A stretch of 64,000 nucleotides of DNA from Malacoraja senta (GCA_038087875.1 CM075996.1:8620001-8684000); one strand, 5' to 3'; positions 32,779 to 45,834 are shown, counted from the stretch's first letter. Translations and numbers: made by a program. Notes: generated by a model not told the origin, from the sequence alone.

Positions 32779-35663
32779 ATAGATACATAGATACATAGAA
32801 AATAGGTGCAGGAGTAGGCCATTCGGCCCTTCGAGCCTGCACCGCCATTCAATACGATCATGGCTGATCATCCAACTCAGTATCCCGTACCTGCCTTCTC
32901 TCCATACCCCCTGATCCCTTTAGCCACAAGGGCCACATCTAATTCCCTCTTAAATATAGCCAATGAACTGGCCTCAACTACCCTCTGTGGCAGAGAGTTC
33001 CAGAGATTCACCACTCTCTGTGTGAAAAAGTTTTTCCTCATCTCGGTCTTAAAGGATTTCCCCCTTATCCTTAAGCTGTGACCCCTTGTCCTGGACTTCC
33101 CCAACATCGGGAACAACCTTCCTGCATCTAGCCTGTCCAACCCCATAAGAATTTTGTACGTTTCTATAAGATCCCCTCTCAATCTCCTAAATTCTAGCGA
33201 GTATAAGCCAAGTCTATCCAGTCTTTCTTCATATGAAAGTCCTGACATCCCAGGAATCAGTCTGGTGAACCTTCTCTGCACTCCCTCTATGGCTATAATG
33301 TCCTTCCTCAGATTTGGAGACCAAAACTGTACGCAATACTCCAGGTGTGGTCTCACCAAGACCCTGTACAACTGCAGTAGAACCTCCCTGCTCCTATACT
33401 CAAATCCTCTTGCTATGAAGGCCAACATACCATTCGCTTTCTTCACTGCCTGCTGCACCTGCATGCCTACTTTCAATGACTGGTGTACCATGACACCCAG
33501 GTCTCGCTGCATCTCCCCATTTCCTAATCGGCCACCATTTAGATAATAGTCTGCCTTCCCGTTTTTGCTACCAAAGTGGATAACCTCACATTTATCCACA
33601 TTATACTGCATCTGCCAAACATTTGCCCACTCACCCAGCCTATCCAAGTCACCTTGCAGTCTCCTAGCATCCTCCTCACAGCTAACACTGCCCCCCAGCT
33701 TAGTGTCATCCGCAAACTTGGAGATGTTGCTTTCAATTCCCTCGTCCAGATCATTAATATAAATTGTAAATAGCTGGGGTCCCAGCACTGAGCCTTGCGG
33801 TACCCCACTAGTCACTGCCTGCCATTGTGAAAAGGACCCGTTTACTCCTACTCTTTGCTTCCTGTTTGCTAGCCAGTTCTCTATCCACATCAATACTGAA
33901 CCCCCAATACCGTGTGATTTAAGTTTGTATCCTAATCTCTTATGTGGTACCTTGTCGAAAGCCTTCTGAAAGTCCAGATACAACACATCCACTGGTTCTC
34001 CCCTATCCACTCTACTAGTTACATCCTCGAAAAATTCTATAAGATTCGTCAGACACGATTTACCTTTCGTAAATCCATGCTGACTTTGTCCAATGATTTC
34101 ACCACTTTCCAAATGTGCTGCTATCCCATCTTTAATAACTGACTCTAGCAGTTTCCCCACTACCGATGTTAGACTAACTGGTCTGTAATTCCCCGTTTTC
34201 TGTCTCCCTCCCTTCTTAAAAAGTGGGGTTACGTTTGCTACCCTCCAATCCTCAGGAACTACTCCAGAATCTAAAGAGTTTTGAAAAATTATCACTAATG
34301 CATCCACTATTTCTGGAGCTACTTCCTTAAGTACTCTGGGATGCAGCCTATCTGGCCCTGGTGATTTATCGGCCTTTAACCCATTCAATTTACCCAACAC
34401 CACTTCCCGACTAACCTGGATTTCATTCAGTTCCTCCATCTCCTTTGACCCGCGGCCCCCTGCTATTTCCGGCAAATTATTTATGTCTTCCTTAGTGAAG
34501 ACGGAACCAAAGTAGTTATTCAATTGGTCTGCCATATCCTTGTTCCCCATGATCAATTCACCTGTTTCTGACTGCAAGGGACCTACATTTGATTTAACTA
34601 ATCTCTTTCTCTTCACATATCTATAAAAACTTTTGCAGTCAGTTTTTATGTTCCCTGCCAGTTTCCTTTCATAATCTATTTTCCCTTTCCTAATTAAGCC
34701 CTTTGTCCTCCTCTGCTGGTCTCTGAATTTCTCCCAGTCCTCTGGTATGCTGCTTTTTCTGGCTAATTTGTACGCATCATCTTTTGCTTTGATACTATCC
34801 CTGATTTCCCTTGTTATCCACGGATGCACTACCTTCCTTGATTTATTCTTTTGCCAAACTGGGATGAACAATTTTTGTAGTTCATCCATGCAGTCTTTAA
34901 ATGCCTTCCATTGCATATCCACCGTCAACCCTTTTAGAACTAATTGCCAGTCAATCTTGGCCAATTCACGTCTCATACCCTCAAAGTTACCTTTCTTTAA
35001 GTTCAGAACCGTTGTTTCTGAATTAACAATGTCACTCTCCATCCTAATGAAGAACTCAACCATATTATGATCACTCTTGCCCAAGGGGGCACGTACAACA
35101 AGTCTGCTAACTAACCCTTCCTCATTACTCAATACCCAGTCTAGAATAGCCTGCTCTCTCGTTGGTTCCTCTACATGTTGGTTTAGATAACTATCCCTCA
35201 TACATTCCAAGAAATCCTCTTCCTCAGCACCCCTGCCAATTTGATTCACCCAATCTATATGTAGATTGAAGTCACCCATTATAACTGTTTTGCCTTTGTT
35301 GCACGCATTTCTAATTTCCTGTTTGATGCCATCCCCAACTTCACTACTACTGCTAGGTGGCCTGTACACAACACCCACCAGCGTTTTCTGCCCCTTAGTG
35401 TTTCGCAGCTCTACCCATACCGATTCCACATCCTCCAAGCTAATGTCCTTCCTTTCCACTGTGTTAATCTCCTCTCTAACCAGCAACGCTACCCCACCTC
35501 CTTTTCCTTTCTCTCTATCCCTCCTGAATATTGAATATCCCTGGATGTTCAGCTCCCAGCCTTGGTCACCTTGGAGCCATGTCTCCGTGATCCCAACTAT
35601 ATCATAATCATTAATTGCTATCTGCACGTTCAACTCATCCACCTTATTATCCACCTCATCCAC
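32779..35663 (-). mobile_element. CR1 LINE, slightly 5'-truncated, nested in an older LINE tail
   Basis: Uninterrupted ORF2, short 3'UTR ending in ctatgtat repeats; ctttc at both junctions. Confidence 0.95.
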
Positions 35664-35681
35664 CTTTCCCACCCCGGTCAT
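32877..35681 (-). CDS. CR1 ORF2: APE endonuclease plus reverse transcriptase (the first few residues come from flanking sequence)
   Basis: ITETWL, GDFN, SDH, NYRPVSL, GVPQGSVLGP, KFADD; no internal stops. Confidence 0.93.
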   Translation of the reverse strand: MTGVGKVDEVDNKVDELNVQIAINDYDIVGITETWLQGDQGWELNIQGYSIFRRDREKGKGGGVALLVREEINTVERKDISLEDVESVWVELRNTKGQKTLVGVVYRPPSSSSEVGDGIKQEIRNACNKGKTVIMGDFNLHIDWVNQIGRGAEEEDFLECMRDSYLNQHVEEPTREQAILDWVLSNEEGLVSRLVVRAPLGKSDHNMVEFFIRMESDIVNSETTVLNLKKGNFEGMRRELAKIDWQLVLKGLTVDMQWKAFKDCMDELQKLFIPVWQKNKSRKVVHPWITREIRDSIKAKDDAYKLARKSSIPEDWEKFRDQQRRTKGLIRKGKIDYERKLAGNIKTDCKSFYRYVKRKRLVKSNVGPLQSETGELIMGNKDMADQLNNYFGSVFTKEDINNLPEIAGGRGSKEMEELNEIQVSREVVLGKLNGLKADKSPGPDRLHPRVLKEVAPEIVDALVIIFQNSLDSGVVPEDWRVANVTPLFKKGGRQKTGNYRPVSLTSVVGKLLESVIKDGIAAHLESGEIIGQSQHGFTKGKSCLTNLIEFFEDVTSRVDRGEPVDVLYLDFQKAFDKVPHKRLGYKLKSHGIGGSVLMWIENWLANRKQRVGVNGSFSQWQAVTSGVPQGSVLGPQLFTIYINDLDEGIESNISKFADDTKLGGSVSCEEDARRLQGDLDRLGEWANVWQMQYNVDKCEVIHFGSKNGKADYYLNGGRLGNGEMQRDLGVMVHQSLKVGMQVQQAVKKANGMLAFIARGFEYRSREVLLQLYRVLVRPHLEYCVQFWSPNLRKDIIAIEGVQRRFTRLIPGMSGLSYEERLDRLGLYSLEFRRLRGDLIETYKILMGLDRLDAGRLFPMLGKSRTRGHSLRIRGKSFKTEMRKNFFTQRVVNLWNSLPQRVVEASSLAIFKRELDVALVAKGIRGYGEKAGTGY

Positions 35682-37469
35682 TCATCTTCTCCCTGCTCCC
35701 AACAGCAGAAGATAAAGAAGCATGAAAGCACACACCACCAGACTCAGAACAGCTTCTTCCCCTCTGTTATCAGGCTTCTGAACGATCCATCCATAAGCTT
35801 GGGTACAGTCCCGATTCTCCAACCTGCTTCATTGCAGACATTGGACTTTTGTCTCTGGAAACTATTACAATGCTGAGAACTATATTCTGAACTCTGCATC
35901 TCTCTCATTACTCTATCTATTGAGTTTGGCTTGATTGTATTCATGTTTAATATTGTCTGAAGTTAGATACAAAATGCTGGAGTAACTCAACGTCTCAGAT
36001 AGCATCTCTGGAGAAAAGGAATAGGTGACGTTTCGGGTCGAGACCCTTCTTCTGAGTGTCAGGGGAAAGGGAAACAAAAGATTTTGACGGCGATATAGAG
36101 AGATATAGAACAATTGAATGAAAAATATGCAAAAGGTTAACGATGATAAAGGAAATAGGCCATTGTTAGCTGTGGCCTAGGTGAGAACGTGTTACAGACA
36201 ATGAGACTCAACAAAGGTAGACAAAAATGCTGGAAAAACTCAGCGGGTGAGGGCAGCATCTATGGAGCGAAGGAAATAGGCGACGTTTCAGGTCGAGACC
36301 CTTCTTCAGACTGACTTCGCTCCATGGATGCTGCCTCGCCCGCTGAGTTTCTCCAGCATTTTTGTCTACCTTCGATTTTCCAGCATCTGACATTCCTTCT
36401 TAAACATGAGACTCAACAAGACGGCTTTGAAGCGAGTATAATGTGTGGTATTGTCCGATTTGATTGGATAGCATGCAAAACAAAGCTTTTCACTGTACCT
36501 CGGTACACGCAACAATAATAAACCTAAAACTATTTTAAATTATATGTATCTACAAAACCATTTCCTTCTCTAAAAAAAGCACACGATTTAAAAAATATAT
36601 ATTTCTTCAGGATTCCCTTTAGAACAGTGCCAGATTTTTTTTTGTTAAAGTTGGCCACACAAAGCTAAATAATTCCTGGCCTGCATAACGTACTGTACAT
36701 TGAGCTGCTCATTTGCAGACTGCTCATTCCTTTGGCTTTGTCTTTGATGTATATTATTGGCTTGGAAAAGATGGATCACCTAACCACATCATCCCAAGGA
36801 AAATGACTGAGGTTCCGTTAAGCACTTTGTTTCACACAGAGGTCAAATGTTTCCTGAGTTCCTTTCTATACAAGGCCTTGCTCACAGTCACATGCTCCTT
36901 TCTGTTTATGATCTCATTCCACACCCTAGCCGCCAGCTGACTAAAGGCAGGGTCACACAATGATCTCCAGAGTTACAATTCAGCAGCTTCACCATATCAG
37001 GAAAACCACCTTCCTATCTGTGGCCTCATCACATTGAAATCTCTCGCACAATCATCATACAGAAAGCAGCCAGTGTCTTCACGAGCTGTAGCACAAGGCT
37101 ATGTATGGTAACCACCATTTACCCGCATCTTTTAGTATTCTTTCTTTACAAATCCTTATACGGTACCATTGAAATGTCCCTCTCATGTCTTTCTTTAATA
37201 ATCCTAAAAGGAACATGTTGTGCTGATGCAATCCTCCCAACCTCCTGCACTCCACAGGTAATAAACGGCAATCTGTTTTTTTAAACCTAAGTTGACGATT
37301 ACTACTCACCATTTAAGCCTCTCAGAATACTGAAAATCATTTACACATCTCTTAACCTGCACCTCAGTGGAAAATGTTTTGCATTTTTATATTCTTATTG
37401 CCAACTGTAATAAGCAATTTCTGAAACAATTCCTGACATCGATTTTATAAATCTAAAAAATATTTACAT

Positions 37470-38067
37470 TATAGACAATAGGTGCAGGATTAGGCCATTC
37501 GGCCCTTCGAGACAGCACCGCCATTCAAGGTGTTTAAGAAGGAACTGCAGATGCTGGAACATCGAAGGTAGACAAAAGTGCTGGAGGTGCTGCTGCACCC
37601 GCTGAGTTTCTCCAGCACTTTTGTCTACCCGCCATTCAATGTGATCATAGCTGATCATCCCCAATTAGTACCCCGTTCCTGCCTTCTCCCCATATCCCTG
37701 ACCGCTATATTTAAGAGCCCTATCTAGCTCTCTCTTGAATGCATCCAGAGAACCGGCCTCCACCACCCTCTGAGGCAGAAAATTCCACCGACTCACCACT
37801 CTCTGTGAGAAAAAGTGTTTCCTCGTCTCCGTTCTAAATGGCTTACTCCCTTATTCTTAAACTGTGGCCCCTGGTTCTGGACTCCCCCAACATCGGGAAC
37901 ATGTTTCCTGCCTCTAGCATGTCCAAACCCTTAACAAACTTATATGTTTCAATAAGATTCCCTCTCATCCTTCTAAACTCCAGAGTGTACAAGCCCAGCT
38001 GCTCCATTCTCTCAGCATATGACAGTCCCGCCATCCCCGGGAATTAACCTTGTAAACCTACGCTGCA
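37470..38067 (-). mobile_element. CR1 LINE 3' fragment with a nested pLTR-derived palindrome
   Basis: GLYTLEFRRMRGNLIETYK; the duplicated ccgccattcaa flanks the insert at ~37530-37628. Confidence 0.85.
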
Positions 38068-39542
38068 CATAATGTCAATTTTATTTATTTTAGATTTATA
38101 AAATCTGCAACATAGGATTTTTTTCAGGAATTGGTAGTTAGAGGGGGCAATGATATTATTTGCCTCATTACTTTGAAGTCCCATCTTCACATTGAGGCAA
38201 GTAACAGAGACGTAGCTCGATAAATACACGGGGATGAAAGAAATTAAAGTAACCATGGTAAAATGAAACATGTTTGGTGTGTGAATGCCACAGGCTAGAT
38301 GGGTCATAACCTGCCACGTACAATGCCATGTCCCAATTAACCTATTCTCTTCCAAATGGGAGCATATCCTACTGCAGAGAACCCTCTTCAATTAAAGGTA
38401 GACAAAAATGCTGGAGAAACTCAGCGGGGTGAGGCAGCATCTATGGAGGGAAGGAATAGGTGATGTTTCGGTTCGAGAACCTTCTTCAGACTGATGTGGA
38501 GGTGGGGGGGGGGGGGGGAAGAAGAAAGGAAGAGGCGGAGACAGTGGGCTGTGGGAGAGCTGGGAAGGGGAGGGGAAGGAGGGAGAAAGCAAGGACTACC
38601 TGAAATTGGAGAAGTCAATGTTCATACCGCTGGGGTGTAAACTGCACAAGCGAAATATGAGGTGCTGTTCCTCCAATTTGCGGTGGGAAATTACATCACC
38701 ACTATTTAATTCAATTAAATCCCCACTATTATTATTTTCTGTATTACATTTCAATATAAATTCCAGCATTTTCCCTCTCACTGACATTAAGCTAACAGGT
38801 TGATAAGTTCCCATATCCTCTCTCCATCCTTCCATCAACAGTGGTATACATTTGCTATCTTCCAATGGAACGTAACAATTCCTGAACTGATAGGCCCTTG
38901 GAAGACGCCAAACGGTGCACCCACCTCTTTCAAAACTCTGGGATGTAAATCGTCGGAATCTTTGGGATTTACCTTTCAAGCTCACCACCTTTACTTTTAC
39001 TATTTTTTAATTAATATTTAATTCCTTTATAGTTCTTCATTCCCACTGGAAATCTTGATTCCCTAATCTAACTTTCAGGTTGTGGATCTTCTAAGACAAC
39101 ATGTAAAATGATGTTTGAAAGTATGTATGGGACAGTTTCTTCCCAGCTGTTATCAAGCAACTGAACCATCCTCTCACCAACTAGAGAGCGGTCTTAACCT
39201 CCCATCTACCTCATTGGAGACCTTCGAACAATCTTTAATCAGACATTATCTTGCACTAAAAGTTATATCCTTTACCTACTACCTCAACGCTGTGGACACT
39301 GTAATTATGTATAGTCCACCACAGTGAAGAATGTGTGCCTACCACCACAGTGAAGAATGAAGGTACACAAAAATGCTGGAGAAACTCAGCGGGTGCAGCA
39401 GCATCTATGGAGCGAAGGAAATAGGCAACGTTTCGGGCCGAAACCCTTCTTCAGACCTTCAGCATCTGCAGTTCCTTCTTTAACACCACAGTGAAGAATG
39501 CTGTGGTGGCTGTTTGTGTTAAATCTTATTGTGTATTGTGTG

Positions 39543-39992
39543 GGCAGTGGGCAGGTGCTATAGACCTGCACGGGAATGTAGACGCTCCCGCCCCCACGAG
39601 CCTCGGGCAGATGGGGCTAGTCAGCCTGGGAAGGTAGTCCATCTAGGAGAGGGAAAACTCCGATTTAAAACTTCCACTGCTGGTGGCCATATCCAGTCAT
39701 GGAAAAGGCTCCTGGAGTAAACCTCAAGAAAATCCAGAGTCGGAGCCTCTAAGGCAGTTCGTCGTTGTCTACAACCTCGCTCTGGCAACTCATGCGACGG
39801 CGCTGGTGCCAAACTGTAACGGCCCTGCTGTTCCTTTGGATCGATCAGCGACGTGGACAGGGGGGACGTGCTGCATGGGCAACAGCCTGTCCTCCATATG
39901 ACATCGCCCAGGCTTGCATCCGACCACACATCACCTGCAGACTAGGATGCATCACCCATGGTCAGTCATGACCGAGGGGGGACCTACTAGAC
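39543..39992 (+). mobile_element. Non-autonomous RTE-like element with 9-bp TSD
   Basis: TSD tattgtgtg at 39534-39542 and 39993-40001. RTE-like 5' motif ctaggaga.ggaaaactc. 3' end shared with the 1240 element. Confidence 0.7.
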
Positions 39993-40464
39993 TATTGTGT
40001 GTTCTTTATTAAGTGTACCGCTGCTGGCAAATTCATTTCACCGCACCTTCGGGTGTATGTGACGAATAAAAATGGACTATTGACTAGTCTATTCGCTGAC
40101 TGGATAGCACACAACAAAAAGCTTTTCCCTGTACCTCGGTGCATGTAATAATAATCATAATCCAAACTAATAAACTAAACAAAAATAATGATTTAAATGC
40201 CCTCCAAGCTCCCTAATTCACATTACATTCTCCATCTTTGGCTCCATTTGTGGAAGAAACTGCAGATCTCGCACTCATCTCACCACTTCAGAGACTACAA
40301 AACTGAAGTGGAAATGTCATCCTTGACCCCGAGCTACTGCCTGAGGAGATGGAGGAGATAAAGATTTATCTTTTTTTCCCCCCATCTTCCTCTTTGTTTG
40401 CAGCCCATTATGAAAAGGTTAAATGCTTTTTAAATATATAAAAGATATATAATGGAATCCTGGA

Positions 40465-41086
40465 CTAGGTTATAGCTTATGTTTTCGTCTCAAGCAGGCC
40501 TTTTTCAGTGGATTGATAAGAGAGAGAGAGAGAGAGACAAGCCTGGGCTTGCCTCAGGTTGCTGTGTATTGAGAAATGCCTTTGAAATGCGTCTACCAAT
40601 TGATGAGAGAGAGAGAAGCCCAGACTTGGCTCAGTGAGGTATATTGAGGACAATGACCGATGCCTTTGAAATGTCTTGTCTTGAAAGTACCAACTGATAA
40701 GATGCCTTTGAAATGCGACTACTCATTGACAAGAGACAAGCTCCAGCCCGAAACGTTGCTATTTCCTTCGCTCCATAGATGCTGCCTCACACACTGAGTT
40801 TCTCCAGCATTTTTGTCTACCTCAGACGCATCCTGTGGTAATGTGTATTGACTGTATCTCTGACCATGACTAACATCTTTGGAATGTGCTTAAGTGACAA
40901 AAACACAGTATAAAATATCATGCAATTCTTTGTTACGACACGAGGAAAGTCAAGTTGCTTACTTGACTGGAGTATCCTCGTCACTTCCATCGGCCGATGA
41001 TCAGTAAAGTTTGAATTGGTCTACCTAATGTTTTTGTGAGTTGTCTGTTTATTAAGGTGAACCGTATCAATTAATCCTGCTTAACA
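40465..41086 (+). mobile_element. Putative solo LTR, interrupted by a pLTR-derived fragment at ~40747-40822
   Basis: Repeated U3-like units, TATAAAA 40909-40915, AGTAAA 41003-41008, ends ttaaca. The 5' TG end and TSD are not clear. Confidence 0.45.
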
Positions 41087-42837
41087 AAAGTCAATCTCAT
41101 TTTCCAAATATGTAATTATATAAATATGTAATTATCTTCAGACCTCAACAACTTTTTGAAGGTTTCCAAATTCCTTAAGAATTTCTGAAGGAGTCTCGAC
41201 ACGGAACGTCACGGTGGCACAGCGGTAGAGATGCTGCCTTATAGCAAAATGCAGCGCCAGAGACCCGGGTTTGATCCCAACTACGGGTGCTGTCTGTATG
41301 GAGTTTGTACGTTCTCCCCGTGATCTGTGTGGGTTTTCTCCGAGATCTTCGGTTTCCTCCCACACTCCAAAGACTCGGTTTCCTCCCACACTCCAAGGTT
41401 TGTAGGTTAATTGGCTTGATAAAAATGTAAAATTGTCCACGTTGGCGATATGCAGAGTACTGCCCTGCCGACTACAAAATTCAGAAGGTTCACCTATTCC
41501 CTTTCTCGAGAGATGCTGTCTGCCCCGTTGTTGTTACTCCAGCTTTTTGTGTCGATCTGCCCAAATTCCATTATCTACCGCCACCCCTAATTACTCTAGC
41601 TCTAAAGTTATAGCTTCTTCTATCATGAAGGAAATAATTTTTCTCTCTCCACTGTCAATTCCATGAAATTCCTCAGACATATCAATTACATTAAATCTTA
41701 ATCTTTTACATGCAAAAGACACTCAGTCTAGACTACGTACCCTTGCAGTTTAACTTTCTAGGACACTAGACATGAATCAGAATGAGCCTTTATCTTAATG
41801 CATTCAGAAAGAACACCGTGCACCTTACTATCGCAAAGCCATTTCTGTTGGTTGACATGAGCCAAAATATCTAATTTAAAGTTAGTTAACGTAGTATTCA
41901 TTGCTATGGGTGGAAGAAGCACGTTCTAACTTCAAGCTTGCCTCTAATCTTTACACTAAGGCCCCTTGTCTTTAACTCTCCATGGAATGGAAACATACTC
42001 CCGACCTGTCCCTTTAACTCCATGAGTGTATGCTTTGTATCTGGGACTGTGCAGTGCTCTAACCAGCATTCCATACATCTATAGCACAACCCACCATCCT
42101 ACCTTTTGAAATGAACTCAACATCCTATGCTTTTTTAAAAGTTAATTTTGTACTTGTCGATCATCTTTATTAATTTCTGTACGCGCGCCCCGAAAATCTC
42201 CCCACCCCATCCACAACCCCTGGCTTCTCACCATCTAGAGAGCACTCTGATCTATCTCACAGATGTCTTTACACTTCCCCACAATAAATACCATCTGCCA
42301 TTTTCCCCTTTTCACGCTCAGTTTTCGCTCTCTGTTTTCCCTTTTCACTCTCAGTTTTATCCCCTCTAAGCACCGCATAAGTTCACAAGTTCTAGGAGCA
42401 GAATTAGGTCATTCAGCCCATCCAGTCTACTCCGCCTTTCAATCGTGGCTGATCATTCCTAGCAGTCACTGTATGTCATGTTGTCACTTGCGGGCAGAGC
42501 ACCAAGGCAAATTCCTTGTATGTGAATACTTGGCCAATAAACTTATTCATTCATTCATTCATCGCTCCCTCCCATTCTCCCGCCTTCTCCCCATAACCCC
42601 TGACACCGTCATGCATCAGAAAACACCACCAGAGCAATTTATAAAAAATCCAGAAAGACTAAAAAGCCAAGGACCCATTACTAACTCCTTTGAAAAATTG
42701 AATGTCACATCATGTCAATTGGAGCACTAGCCAATTTTCCTGATACTTTTAAACTCCCTATCCAGGCCAATGGGCTGTGTCCAATCTATGCAAACTCATT
42801 GCATGTTTTGAGTCATTAATGTAGATGCATTACGTAC

Positions 42838-43652
42838 CATTTGCTAGCGCACTGCTCTCCGATCTCGAGACAGATGCTTCATTAGTTCCACTGCCAAAGA
42901 CGACCCGTATTCGAGGTACAGGACGTGCTGTTGCCATGGGGGATGTTTTCCTTGGAATAGGAACTGGGAGTGTTTTCAGCTTTTCTTCAAAATCTTCTTT
43001 GTCCACTGCAGTCTGATTAGTGTCTGGGGTTTGGTCGCTGCAAGTGGCTGGAGACTCTGAGGTGTTGGGTCTAGGTGCGACAATGTCAGTCTCCATGACC
43101 ACTGCTTGTTGCTGCTCATTCTGGGCAGTGAGCTGGTCAGAGTGTGTCCCTGGCTCGAGCTGCTTATTTAAGCCATTCTCAGTTTGATCATCGTGGACAT
43201 TATGGTCTGTCGGCCTTTGCATTTCCTCCGTAATAGGAGGCTCCACCTCAGGTTTTGATATTTCATGGGTGTCAATGCTGTTGGAAAGCTCCGAGACTCT
43301 GTCGGTAGCAGAATGATAGCTTTTAGAAGGCACTGAGGGTGGTTGCTTGCTTCCTGCACTGTACGGCTTCTCGCCACTTTCCTCTGTGTTTAACCCTATC
43401 GCCGGCAATGGGCCAAGATTGTAGCCTTCTGATGCTTCTGTCGGTGCCTGTGCATGGTGAAGTATCCGTGGGCTAGCTGATGGGAGAGGCTGGGCTAGCA
43501 GTGACCCTCGGTACGACTGCAGGCTGTGTACAGACTGAGGGCGCTGCGGCTGTCCAGGAACACGTCCTCGATGGTGCGTGCACACAAAGGTGCCCGAATG
43601 TGCACCTGGCTTGTAGGCTCCAGGGAGCAGAGTGCTGGAACACTCTTTGCAC
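42838..43652 (-). CDS. MICALL1: MICALL1 exon (~6): second LIM zinc finger plus disordered linker
   Basis: tttttccttcag|G TGC AAA GAG TGT; CKECSSTLLPGAY...FVCTHH; ends GCA AAT G|gtacgt; 815 nt, phase 2-1. Confidence 0.9.
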
Positions 43653-44727
43653 CTGAAGGAAAAACAGGACAAGAGTTATTTCATCAACACAGCAGATCAA
43701 ACACTGGTCCATGCGCAAGTAGGACATTGTATAAGCACAAGGAAGTGTAGACGCTGGAATCTTGCATAGAACACCAAGTGCAGGAATAACTCTGAGTCAG
43801 GCATCATCTCTGGAGGACATGGATAGGTGATGGTGTTGGGACTCTACAGTCTGAAATGGGGATTCAGACTCAAAACCGCCTATCCACGTCCTCCAGAGAT
43901 GCTCCCTGGCCAGACTTTGTGTTCTAGGACACTATGTAATTCGGGCATAGAACTGCTCATTATTCCAATATCAATTAACCTGATTCTGACTCAAACCCTA
44001 TCTCACTACAAACACCTCCTCCACGATAACACCTCCTCCACAAACCCAGCTGCACTCCAGACACACTAGAAGAGAAGGAAGTGAATTTCCTTCAATTCAA
44101 TATTTCAGTTTTGTCACTGCATTTATTATTTTAAAATGTTCATGATTGTCCAATATTCCCACGTTAATAATTCTGCTTTTTTAGGCTGAGCATCAAAAGT
44201 GTACGGTATAAGCTTTTCACCCCAGACTCGGATTTGTACAAGCGGCCAAATCATAGTTAATATAACCATGTCCATCAGTCCAACCATGCGCTCTCCTGTG
44301 ATGGTTAAATCACCTTTCCCCATCTTACATCAGAGGACTGAAAGAGTTATTCCAACACTGTTGCAAGAGCAAGGCAGAGGGCGCCTACTCTCAACACTCA
44401 TCATCAGACCTCTCAACACCTCTCCACGCACTATCTTCAAAGCTCGTTAGGTGTCTGATGTAGGAAACTCATCTGAGTGGGAACTGCACCCAGTGTTCAA
44501 GCAGCTCCGTGTTACCCAGAGTGGAACAGTTTGATTAGTGTTCTGCTGAATGTCCTCCATCATCTTCATCCCTCCACTCCACCGGTAGTTTTACAATTTA
44601 TAGGATACACTGCAACAATTCACAATGATTCAATGGTTTCGCAATTACCAAGAAGGACAAAAAAATCATGGGAGCAGGAACAAATGCCACCACCTCCTAC
44701 AGAGCAAACATGGAATGGTAGATGGTA

Positions 44728-45083
44728 TAGACAATAGACAATAGGTGCAGGAGTAGGCCATTCGAGCCAGCACCGCCATTCAATGTGATCATGGCTGATC
44801 ATCCCCAATCAGTACCCCGTTCCTGCCTTCTCCCCATATCCCCTGACTCCGCTATTTTTAAGAGCCCAATCTAGCTCTCTCTTAAAAGCATCCAGAGAAC
44901 CTGCCTCCACCGCCTTCTGAGGCAGAGAATTCCACAGACTCACAACTCTCTGTTTCCTCGTCTCCGTTCTAAATGGCTTACTCCTTATTCTTAAACTGTG
45001 GCCCCTGGTTCTGAACTCCCCCAACATCGGGAACATGTTTCCTGCCTCTAGTGTGCCCAAGCCCTTAACAATCTCATACGTTT
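44728..45083 (-). mobile_element. CR1 LINE 3' fragment
   Basis: MFPMLGEFRTRGHSLRI...GYGEKAGTGY. Confidence 0.85.
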
Positions 45084-45834
45084 CATTGTGTATGGCCATG
45101 CCATTATCACCTTATCCTCACGACAAGTAAACCAAGCATTACACCTGTTAATGCTCTAAACAATGAGTGCTGTGGTGACCGATTTCACAGCAGGTACACG
45201 CCACTAAGTGGTCTTGCTCAGGAAGTAGCTCACTGACATGTTGCGCAGTTAAGGAGATAATGGCATGGCCATACCTACTGCCATTCCATTTGCTCTGTAG
45301 GAGGTGGTGGCATTTCTTCTTGATCATGGGCCAACAACATTGACACAAGGCAGTTACATATAAAATTCCTAGATGGACAAAAATGCTGGAGAAACTCAGC
45401 GGGTGAGGCAGCATCTATGGAGCGAAGGAAATAGGCAACGTTTCGGGTAGAGACCCTTCTTCAGACAATCCCTTGTACTCCATCTAGCAACAATGGAGTC
45501 TGTTAATATGTAGCCAGGTCGAGGTGGTATGTGAATTGAAGGTGATATTGCTCCCATGATTTCTGACCCTCTTGATGAATGCGGTACTCTTGAGAATCTT
45601 TGTGAATTGTTGCAGCCTTTCGTATATATTGTAAACACTGTACAGGTGGAGTGGAGGGGTGAAGGTGGTAGAGGGCGTCCAGCAGAACACTAATCAAACT
45701 GCTCTACTCTGGATGGCATGGAGCTGCTTGAACACTGGATCAAGTTACGCACTTGGATGAGTCTCCTACGTGAGATGCCTGCTGAGCTTTGACGACAGCA
45801 GAGAGATGCACTGTTTCCTGTTGCTTCACCTTAC

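Noticed and set aside
37300..37340. Possible 20-nt microexon or alternative first exon (ATG|gtgagt, minus strand)
   Set aside because: The flanking exons already join in phase without it, and there is no other support.
39542..39720. HDV-like ribozyme at the head of the 39543 element
   Set aside because: A P1-like pairing exists, but no P3/L3 or catalytic J4/2 cytosine could be placed.
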